Shown piece by piece: positions 9,802-17,620 of a stretch of DNA of 64,000 nt. The DNA lies in assembly GCA_963727525.1 (NCBI GenBank), contig CAVSGO010000002.1, forward strand, positions 32,001-96,000, given 5' to 3'. Position numbers and translations under genes: made by a program. The stretch comes from an uncultured bacterium. GTDB lineage: Bacteria > Krumholzibacteriota > Krumholzibacteriia > LZORAL124-64-63. Numbering within the stretch: the first letter of the stretch is position 1; each line of letters starts with the position of its first letter. A model generated the notes under the pieces. The model did not search any database. It was not told the DNA's origin and was given only the letters and a program-made list of their open reading frames with translations.

Positions 9802-10119
9802 CTAGTCGTACAGCGCCTTCACCGCCGACCAGGTCGCACGCTCCGCCTCCACCGCGGGCTCGAGTCCGGTGAACCAGCAGGCGTAGTGGTACGACTGCGG
9901 GAGCGAGGCTCCGCCTCGCGAGCTGAAGACGGTCGGCATGACGACGATCCACATATGGTAGCTATCACCGTATGGCCCAACGGTCACGTGCCCGGTCTCG
10001 CAGGGGCCGGCCGTGTCCATGTCAGTCACGGCCAGACAGGAGCAGTCCTGGCACGGGTAAACAAGGTATGTGGCGAACTCGGCATCGCCCGTGACCTCGA
10101 CCGCTGCGCCGGCGCAAGT
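9802..10119 (-). pseudogene. C-terminal fragment of a fourth paralog of the secreted tandem family
   Basis: Open for 105 codons plus stop: TCAGAAVEVTGDAEFATYL...QDC...TAGPC...YACWFTGLEPAVEAERATWSAVKALYD. It aligns by eye to the paralog C-termini and has no signal peptide or proper start. Confidence 0.65.
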
Positions 10120-11173
10120 CTACTCGAAGAGAGCCTTCACCCGCGACCACGACGTGGGTTCGACCGGATCCACGATGGTGAAGCCGCTGAACAGGCACAC
10201 GTAGTCGTACTCGGTATCCGCGCCCGGGGGCGGCGTGTGGGTCGCCGAGCCGACCCAGAACCAGATCGGCGCGCCCTGCGGATAGCCGGTGATCGTCATG
10301 TACGCTTCCTGGCAAGGGCCCGCGGTCGCCGTCTGGAGCACGCTCACGAGGGTGCAGTCCTGGGGGCCCAGTTCGTACATGGCCGTCTCATACTCGGCAT
10401 CGAGGGTGATGTCGATTGCGCCGGTAATACCCATGTCGAACGTGTACCAGTCGGTGTCGCGATAGTTCTGGCCTCCGTTGGACAGATACCAGCCGCTCGT
10501 GCCGCACACCGTGGCCGTGCCCTCCGCGTTGTGCGAACTCACGTGGAAGAACGGTTGCTCGTCCGTGTTGCAGCCACTATCGAAATGGTCCACGTAGCCA
10601 TCGTGCAGGGGGCTCGCCCTCGGGGACGCCATCGGAGGGGCATGTGAGGACACAGTCGGGGTGCTCCGCAACGTCCACGACGTAGTCGCCGAACGAGCCG
10701 CCGTAGCCGTCGATGACGATGAAGTAGGTCTCGCCGGCCGTGAGCCACACGCCATCCAGCTTGGAAGAATAACTGAAGCATGGCGGACCGAAGTAGAAGT
10801 CGTCGTTGCAAGCCACGAGGTTCAGTGCCGAGTCGTACATGAAGACCTTCGTGTCATAGCCGGAATCGCAGAGATCGACATCGATGGCGAGGTCGTTCGG
10901 CGGCGTGAAGGCGTAGGCGACGTCGGGCGACGTCGAACCGGTGTAAGGACAGGCTTCGTCGTAGTCGTTCGTGAAGCCGGCGGTCGTGCCGGTATCGGTG
11001 AACGGGAGCCCGGGGATCACGAACGCGTCGGCGAGCGTATCGCCGCCCTGGCGATCGACGGGGATGTTCTCGGGAGTCACCGTCGCCGGCTTCACCGGCG
11101 CCTGGTTGCCGAGATCCACGGCCAGGGCGCCGGTCGAGAGGGCCAGCACCGCCATGATCGACATCGTCTTCAT
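10120..11173 (-). pseudogene. secreted paralog 3, split by a 1-bp frameshift (or assembly error)
   Basis: ORF 10577..11173 (N-half) and ORF 10120..10755 (C-half) join into a full paralog (EGEPPLHDGYVD) if the G5 run at 10608-10612 is G6. Confidence 0.85.
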
Positions 11174-11213
11174 CGTCGATCTCCCCCTTATCGCCGGCCG
11201 GTGTCGGCACCAC

Positions 11214-12290
11214 TCATTCGAACAGTGCTTTCACCCGGGACCAGGACGTCGGTTCGACTGCGTCGACTTCCTCGAGGCCCGAGAAACTGCACACGTAGTC
11301 GTACTCGTTGCCGGTGTCGTAAGGCGGCGCGAAACCGGTGGGGCCTACCCAGAACCACACGTCGCCGCCCAGAGAGTAGCCGCCGATCATCATGGTCACT
11401 TCCAGGCACGGGCCGGCGGTGGCGGACTGGACGACGGCGACCGCGTCGCAGTTCTGGGGAAAGAGTTCGAACATCACCGTCGGCGACTCCGCATCGAGCG
11501 TGATGTGGATCGAGCCCGTGGGGCCCATGTGCAGGATAAACCAGTCGGTGTCGCGGTGGCCCACACCGTCGTTGTCGTCGTACCAGCCGCTCACGCCACA
11601 GAGCGTGGCCGTTCCGGGGGCGTTCGCGTCGCTCAAGATGGGGTAGAACGGATGGCCCGGTGCGTTGCAACCGCCGTTCCAGTAGTCGACGTAGCCGTCG
11701 ACGAGGGGCGGTTCGTCCTCGGGCACCCCGACGGCCGGACAGGTGATGTCGCAGGGCACGTACTCGTCGACATCCATGATGTACGGACCGTACGAGTCGC
11801 CGAATCCATCGACGACGATATGGTACGTCAGGCCCGCCTGCAGGGGCACGTTCTCCACCTTGGAGGCATACACGTAGCAGGGGGGGACGAAGTAATGGTC
11901 ATCGTTACAGGCGATGATGTGGAAATAGGGGTCATAGACGTAGACCTTCGTGTCGAAGCTCGAGTAGCAGAGGTCCACGTCGATGGCGACGTCGTGCGGC
12001 GGCATGAAGGCATAGACGACATCGGGCGCGGACGAATCGCCATACGGGCAGATGACGTCGTAATCATCGTGGTAGCCGGCCGTCGTGCCCGCGTCGCTGA
12101 ACGGCAGCGACGGGATGGGAAAGGCATCGGCCACCGTGTCGCCACCCTGACGTTCGACAGGGATGTTCTCCGGGACGACGGGCACCGCCTTCTTGGGTGC
12201 CGTGTCCCCGGGATCGAGGGCGAGGGCCGGCGTAGCGGGCGCCAGAACGAGAAGCATCGAGCCGAGAAAAAGCACGTTCGACCTGGTCAT
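11214..12290 (-). CDS. secreted Cys/Asp/Tyr-rich protein, paralog 2 (PPC-like beta-sandwich domains possible)
   Basis: Signal peptide MTRSNVLFLGSMLLVLAPATPALA. Shares RQGGDT, CPY, DVDLC.S.FDTKVYVYD, ACNDD and RDTDW with its neighbours. Ends SWSRVKALFE. Confidence 0.85.
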   Translation of the reverse strand: MTRSNVLFLGSMLLVLAPATPALALDPGDTAPKKAVPVVPENIPVERQGGDTVADAFPIPSLPFSDAGTTAGYHDDYDVICPYGDSSAPDVVYAFMPPHDVAIDVDLCYSSFDTKVYVYDPYFHIIACNDDHYFVPPCYVYASKVENVPLQAGLTYHIVVDGFGDSYGPYIMDVDEYVPCDITCPAVGVPEDEPPLVDGYVDYWNGGCNAPGHPFYPILSDANAPGTATLCGVSGWYDDNDGVGHRDTDWFILHMGPTGSIHITLDAESPTVMFELFPQNCDAVAVVQSATAGPCLEVTMMIGGYSLGGDVWFWVGPTGFAPPYDTGNEYDYVCSFSGLEEVDAVEPTSWSRVKALFE

Positions 12291-12365
12291 GAGCGTGTCC
12301 CCTGTTTCCGTCATTCTACCACGACACGGTCGGCGATTCCAGGGGCTCCGCCGGCGTACCAAGAA

Positions 12366-12395
12366 CCGGGGCCGGCGCTTGCGCACCGGCCCCGG
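12366..12395 (-). terminator. GC-rich hairpin after paralog 1
   Basis: Stem CCGGGGCCGG...CCGGCCCCGG followed by TTCTT on the minus strand. Confidence 0.6.
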
Positions 12396-12426
12396 CATGA
12401 CCAGAAATCTGGTTCTCGAATCAGGC

Positions 12427-13485
12427 CTAGTTGAACAGGGCCTTCACGGTCGACCAGTTCGCGGGCTCGGTGGCCACATCGGGCTCGAGACCGGTGAAGC
12501 TGGCGACGTAGTTGTACTCGTTATCCGAACCGGACGGCGGTGCGAAGACCGTCGAACCGGTCCAGAACCACACAACCGAGCCCTCGGTGTAGCCGGTGAT
12601 CGTCATGTAGGCCTCGAGGCACGGGCCGCCGGTGGCCTGCTGAGCGACGGCGACGGAAGCGCAGTCCTGGGGGCTGAGCTCGAACATGTAGGTCGCCTGC
12701 TCGGCGTCCAGCGTCACGTCGATCGCGCCGGCCGGACCCATGGTGATGAGGTACCAGTCGGTGTCACGGTACTGCGCGCCACCCGGCGAGCTGTACCAGC
12801 CGCCAACGCCGCACAGGGTCAGGTTGCCGAAGTCGTCGGCCAGAATCGTCTGGAACGGGGTTCCGGCAGTGTTGCAGCCGCCGTTGTAGTGGTCCACGTA
12901 GCCGTCCTGCAGCGTGGGCTCGCCCTCGGCAACGCCGCCGGCCGGGCAATCGAGGACGCACGGGAAGTTCTCGACGACGTCCATGGCGTAGTCACCGAAC
13001 GAGCCGCCGTAACCGTCGACGATGATGTAGTAGGTCTGGCCGGCCGTCATGGCCACGGCCTCGACCTTCGAGGAGTACACGAAGCAAGGAGCGCTCAGGT
13101 AGAAGTCGTCGTTGCAGGCGACCAGCGCGAGCGAGCTGTCATACACGTAAACCTTCGTGTCGTAGCTCGAGTTGCACAGGTCGACGTCGACGGCGATGTC
13201 GGCGGCGGGAGTGAAGGAGTAGCACACGTCCGGCGCGGTCGAGCCGGTGTACGGGCAAGCCTCGTCGTAGTCGTTGACGTAGCCGGAGGTCGTGCCGCTG
13301 TCGTTGAACGGAATGCTCGGAATGACCATCGCGTCGAAGATGGTGTCGCCACCCTGGCGGTCGGCGTTGGGGACGTTCACGGGAACGACAGGATTGGCCT
13401 TGATCGGAGCCTGGTTGCCGAGATCGCTGGCGGCAGCAACGCCGACCAGGCCGAGAACCAGCGCGAGCACTAACAACTTCCGCAT
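12427..13485 (-). CDS. secreted Cys/Asp/Tyr-rich protein, paralog 1
   Basis: Signal peptide MRKLLVLALVLGLVGVAAA, AGGGGAG RBS, same motifs as paralogs 2 and 3. Ends NWSTVKALFN. Confidence 0.9.
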   Translation of the reverse strand: MRKLLVLALVLGLVGVAAASDLGNQAPIKANPVVPVNVPNADRQGGDTIFDAMVIPSIPFNDSGTTSGYVNDYDEACPYTGSTAPDVCYSFTPAADIAVDVDLCNSSYDTKVYVYDSSLALVACNDDFYLSAPCFVYSSKVEAVAMTAGQTYYIIVDGYGGSFGDYAMDVVENFPCVLDCPAGGVAEGEPTLQDGYVDHYNGGCNTAGTPFQTILADDFGNLTLCGVGGWYSSPGGAQYRDTDWYLITMGPAGAIDVTLDAEQATYMFELSPQDCASVAVAQQATGGPCLEAYMTITGYTEGSVVWFWTGSTVFAPPSGSDNEYNYVASFTGLEPDVATEPANWSTVKALFN

Positions 13486-13509
13486 GGTAGGGTCTCCCCT
13501 CTGGTGTTT

Positions 13510-13529
13510 TGTTTCCGGGCCCGGAAACA
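13510..13529. promoter_or_regulatory. perfect 20-bp palindrome upstream of paralog 1
   Basis: TGTTTCCGGGCCCGGAAACA, next to an AT-rich intergenic region (about 13630-13800). Confidence 0.55.
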
Positions 13530-13857
13530 CTGTTAATTTGGTGCGGGCGCGAGTGGGCGCCCTACCAAGACCTCAGGAACGTCGAGACGAGATGGTCGAC
13601 ATTTCCCGGCGTCTGATCGCGGAACCGCGGCACTTCAGGCATAAAAGATCAAATTAATCTTTTTGCCTGTTGCCACTATATTTTTCCGTTTCACCAGACA
13701 CAACGGAGATTCTAGCAGGAATTTTTCGAACTGTAAATACATAAAAATTTCAATGTGTTTGATTCTTTGCACTGCATGCCGATTGTGATTGACCAGTTTC
13801 TTCAAGCTGCCTGCTTCCCGCGGTTTGCGGAATCGTGAGCGCCGGTGCCCATGAGAA

Positions 13858-13886
13858 AGCGACCGCCCCACCTGGGAGCGGTCGCT
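13858..13886 (-). terminator. hairpin terminator of the CC-repeat gene
   Basis: AGCGACCGC...GCGGTCGCT stem about 30 nt past the stop, followed by TTCTC on the minus strand. Confidence 0.55.
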
Positions 13887-13915
13887 CTGTCGCGGATTCG
13901 ATCGTGGCGCGCGGA

Positions 13916-14614
13916 CTAGCTTTCCGTGGCGCCGGTCGTGGCGACCTTCGCCTTCGTGGTCTTCGCATCCCTGGTGCAGCCGGCCGCACCACCGGCGGGG
14001 CAGACCTTGCCGGCGCAACCGCCCGTGGCGGGGCAGCCGGTGCTGGCGAACTTGGCCCTGGCAGCGCTCACCTTGGCCTCGTAAGCGGCCTTCAGCGTGG
14101 CGGCATCCTTGCCGCAGCAGCCCTTACCTTCCTGGACCGCGGCAGCGCAGCACGGGTGCATCTCGTCGAGGGCGGCAAACTCGGCGCGGGCCTCGTTCAG
14201 CTTGCCCATGAAGGCCGCCTGGGTCGCCGCCACATCGTGGCCGCAGCACCCCTTGCCCGCCGCAGCCGCAGCGGAGCAGCACTCCGGCATCTCGGCGAGC
14301 ACCTTCTGCTCGGCACGCATCTCGACGTACTCGGCCTCGATCGCGGCCGCGTCCTTGCCACAACAGCCCTTGTGGTTCTTGGCGGCTTCGATGCAGCAGT
14401 CGTGCATCTGGACCGCTGCGAACCGTGCCGTGGCGCCCTCGGCCACGGTGCCGGCGGCATTGTCGGCGGTCTTGTCGCACGCGGCCGCGGCTTTGGCGCA
14501 GGTGCCGGCAGAAGCCGTCTTGACGGCTCCGGCCTTGTCGCACGCCCCTGCCTGGGTGGCGCCCAGCAGGGCCATCACGGCCAGGATGCTCAGGAGAACG
14601 GTGAATCGCTTCAT
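13916..14614 (-). CDS. secreted Ala/Cys-rich protein with three CC...KGCCG repeats
   Basis: Signal peptide MKRFTVLLSILAVMALLGATQAGA and GAGGA RBS. Repeats: MHDCCIEAAKNHKGCCGKD, MPECCSAAAAAGKGCCGHD, MHPCCAAAVQEGKGCCGKD. Confidence 0.85.
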   Translation of the reverse strand: MKRFTVLLSILAVMALLGATQAGACDKAGAVKTASAGTCAKAAAACDKTADNAAGTVAEGATARFAAVQMHDCCIEAAKNHKGCCGKDAAAIEAEYVEMRAEQKVLAEMPECCSAAAAAGKGCCGHDVAATQAAFMGKLNEARAEFAALDEMHPCCAAAVQEGKGCCGKDAATLKAAYEAKVSAARAKFASTGCPATGGCAGKVCPAGGAAGCTRDAKTTKAKVATTGATES

Positions 14615-14826
14615 CTCGGTATCCTCTCTAGTGACGAACCCGCGGGGCGGGTCTGGCCTCACGGTGGGGACTTCGTTGTAGAATACAGGATAAAAAGACT
14701 AAATGAAACCTTGCGGGGGCGCAACCGGCACCGCATTGCCTGGCGTTGCATTGCCCCGGGCTGTCTGCCGTCGCATAATGACGGGAGCCGCCCGACCAGT
14801 GAGGTGCCGCATCGAAAGGTGCCGCC

Positions 14827-16098
14827 ATGGCACGCCTCGATCCCGCCCGCAGACGATTCCTGCGCCAGTCCTTGCGAGCCGCCGCCGTGGCCGCCGGGGC
14901 CGGGTTGCTCTTGCCGGATCCGCTGGGGCTCCTGGCCTGGCTCGAGAATGGCAGGCCCGGCCCGAGCGCGGCGAGGGCCGCCGGCGGCGCGTCCCTCGGT
15001 ACGCTACTACGCCAGGCTCCCGTGGCGCGGTACTGGATCGGCGCGGACGCGGCATCCGCCGACGAATGCACACGATGCCACGCCTCCGCAGAATTGAGGG
15101 GACGCGATCATCACACCCATGCGAACCACACGGTGCGCTGCCTCCTCTGTTCGCACCGCTGCGTCATAGCGACCGGCGAGCGTGGGCGCTGCCGGGCGCG
15201 ATACAACGACGGGGGCGTGCTGCGCAGTCTCGTCTGGGGCCGGCCGATCGCGACCCACGTCGACCCCATCGAGAAGAAGCCGTTCTACCACTTCCTGCCG
15301 GGACGCCAGGCCTTCTCGCTGGCCACGAGCGGTTGTCCACTGCGCTGCAAGTTCTGCCAGAACTGGGAGATCTCCCAGGCCAGCCCCGAGGATTATGCCG
15401 CCGACCTCGTCTCCCCCGCGCGTATCGTGAGCGCGAGCCAGTCGCGCGAGTCGCCGGTGATCGCCTTCACCTACAACGAACCCACCGTCTTCCTGGAATA
15501 CATGGCCGACATCGCCGCGGTTGCGCGCGAAGAAGGGCTACGCTGCGTGCTCGTCTCCTGCGGCTTCATGGCCGCGGAACCGCTGCGGGAGATGCTGGGA
15601 TTCCTCGACGCAGTCAAGGTGGACCTCAAGGGCATCGACCCAGGATTCTACCGCACCGTGTGCGAAGCGGAGCTGGCGCCCGTACAGCGTACGATCGCGG
15701 CGGTCGCGCGTAGCGGTGTGCATCTGGAAGTGGTGAACCTCGTGGTGCCGACTCTGAACGACGCCGAGCGCGACCTCGACGCGCTTGCCGCCTGGCTCGT
15801 CGCCGAGGCTGGGCCCGACGTACCACTGCACTTCACGCGCTTCCATCCCGACTACCAGCTCCGCAACCTGCCGGGCACGCCGGTGGCCACGCTGGAGCGG
15901 GCGCGGGAACTCGCACTGGCTCGTGGTGTGCATCATCCGTATGTCGGTAACGTACCCGGCCATCCCGGCAACCAGACCTACTGTCCCGGCTGCGGCGCGG
16001 TGGTCATCGCGCGCAAGGGGTTCTTCGTGGAGGCCGTGAACCTGCGCGACGGTACCTGTACGCGTTGTGGCCGGACCATCGCGGGAGTGTGGCAATGA
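14827..16098 (+). CDS. amrS: AmmeMemoRadiSam system radical SAM enzyme
   Basis: CLLCSHRC, DPIEKKPFYHFLPG, CPLRCKFCQNWEISQ (CxxxCxxC), FTYNEP, LHFTRFHPDY and TYCPGC. Confidence 0.92.
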   Translation: MARLDPARRRFLRQSLRAAAVAAGAGLLLPDPLGLLAWLENGRPGPSAARAAGGASLGTLLRQAPVARYWIGADAASADECTRCHASAELRGRDHHTHANHTVRCLLCSHRCVIATGERGRCRARYNDGGVLRSLVWGRPIATHVDPIEKKPFYHFLPGRQAFSLATSGCPLRCKFCQNWEISQASPEDYAADLVSPARIVSASQSRESPVIAFTYNEPTVFLEYMADIAAVAREEGLRCVLVSCGFMAAEPLREMLGFLDAVKVDLKGIDPGFYRTVCEAELAPVQRTIAAVARSGVHLEVVNLVVPTLNDAERDLDALAAWLVAEAGPDVPLHFTRFHPDYQLRNLPGTPVATLERARELALARGVHHPYVGNVPGHPGNQTYCPGCGAVVIARKGFFVEAVNLRDGTCTRCGRTIAGVWQ

Positions 16099-17615
16099 GC
16101 GCGACGTTGATGCTCGCCGGCATGTGTCTCGCCGCCGTGAGTGGAGGCGGCGGGACGCCGAACCCCGGCGTGCGGCCGGCGGCCATGGCGGGCAAGTTCT
16201 ATCCCGAAGATGCGGCCCACCTGCGCGCGGCGATCGCGGCGTTCATCGACGACGCGGTGCCGCCGCTCGAGCAGCAGCCAGTGGGCCTGCTCGCCCCGCA
16301 TGCCGGATACGTCTACTCGGGACAGATCGCGGCGGATGCCTGGAACCAGGTGCGCGGCTGGCCCTACGATGTCATCGTGCTGCTGGGCACCAATCATACG
16401 ACGACGCCATTCGCGGGGGCCGCGGTGTACACGGGCACGGGGTTTGCCACGCCGCTGGGCGTGGCGCGCGTGGATCGCGATCTCGCCCACGCCCTGCTCG
16501 CGCGCGACGAGGCCTTCCTGGTGCGCCCGCAGGCTCACCCGCGCGAGCATTCGCTCGAGGTGCAGGTGCCGTTCGCGCAGGTGACGCTGCCGAATGTGCC
16601 GATACTGCCGATAGTCGCGGGCACCACTGATCCCGAACTGTGCGCACGGCTCGGCGCCTCGCTCGCCGCCGCGCTGCAGGGCAAACGCGCGTTGATCGTG
16701 GCGAGCAGCGATCTCTCCCACTACCCCACGCATCTCGTGGCAGCGCGCAACGATGCCGCCGTGCTGACCGCGGCGGTGAGCGTCGATCCCGACCAGGTGG
16801 CCACGACGATCGCGCACCTCGAACGCCAGCGCGATCCCGGCGAGGAGACATGTGCCTGCGGCGAGGGCGCGATCATGGTGATGCTCGCCGCGTGCCGCGC
16901 ACTCGGGGCCGCTCAGGGGACGGTGCTGAGCCTCGCCGACAGCGGCGAGACCGCGCTCGGCCAGCCTGATCGGGTCGTGGGCTACGGCGCGCTCGCCGTC
17001 ACGGAAGGTACAGACGCGCCGGATCTCGACGCCCTCGCGATCTCGTTCGCGGCGCCTGAAACCGGCCCGATCGGTGCCGACGATCAGGCCACGTTGCTCA
17101 TGATCGCCCGGCAGACCATCGCGCAGTACCTCGCCAGCGAGACCACGCCACTCGTGCGGAACGTGTCGCCGCGTCTGCGCGCGCGGCAGGGCGCATTCGT
17201 CACGCTGAATGATGCGCGAGACCACCTGCGTGGATGCATCGGCCACATGGCGGACGACCTGCCCCTGGGCCAGGTGGTGGGCGCCATGGCGCTGCAAGCC
17301 GCATGCAACGATCAGCGGTTCCCGGCGGTGACGCCGGGCGAACTGGACGACCTGTCGATCGAGATCTCGGTGCTCACGCCCTTCGTGCGCGTCGGCGGCC
17401 CGCAGGACATCGTGGTGGGGCGCGACGGCGTGGTGCTGCGCCAGGGTGGGCGTTCGGCCGTGTTCCTGCCGCAGGTGGCCACGGAGCAGGGCTGGGATCG
17501 CGACACGCTGCTCACGCAGCTCAGCCGCAAGGCCGGCCTGCCGGGCGACGCCTGGCGCCACAACGACGCCGAGTTCTCCACCTTCCAGGCGCAAGTCTTC
17601 GCCGAGGAGCGCTAG
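16095..17615 (+). CDS. amrB: AmmeMemoRadiSam protein B (Memo-like) fused to protein A (AMMECR1 domain)
   Basis: Memo part: AGKFYP, PHAGYVYSG, EHSLEVQVPF, ASSDLSHY, ACGE, VVGY. AMMECR1 part: GAFVTL, LRGCIG, EISVLTP, VFLPQVA, KAGL. Confidence 0.92.
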   Translation: MSATLMLAGMCLAAVSGGGGTPNPGVRPAAMAGKFYPEDAAHLRAAIAAFIDDAVPPLEQQPVGLLAPHAGYVYSGQIAADAWNQVRGWPYDVIVLLGTNHTTTPFAGAAVYTGTGFATPLGVARVDRDLAHALLARDEAFLVRPQAHPREHSLEVQVPFAQVTLPNVPILPIVAGTTDPELCARLGASLAAALQGKRALIVASSDLSHYPTHLVAARNDAAVLTAAVSVDPDQVATTIAHLERQRDPGEETCACGEGAIMVMLAACRALGAAQGTVLSLADSGETALGQPDRVVGYGALAVTEGTDAPDLDALAISFAAPETGPIGADDQATLLMIARQTIAQYLASETTPLVRNVSPRLRARQGAFVTLNDARDHLRGCIGHMADDLPLGQVVGAMALQAACNDQRFPAVTPGELDDLSIEISVLTPFVRVGGPQDIVVGRDGVVLRQGGRSAVFLPQVATEQGWDRDTLLTQLSRKAGLPGDAWRHNDAEFSTFQAQVFAEER

Positions 17616-17620
17616 CCCTC

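Noticed and set aside
10120-10122. Pyrrolysine recoding of the in-frame TAG
   Set aside because: No pyl genes are in the window, the TAG falls exactly where the paralogs stop, and many other genes here end normally in TAG.
9802-13485. Diversity-generating retroelement explanation for the similar C-termini
   Set aside because: There is no reverse transcriptase in the window, and the differences between copies are synonymous third-position changes rather than adenine-specific.
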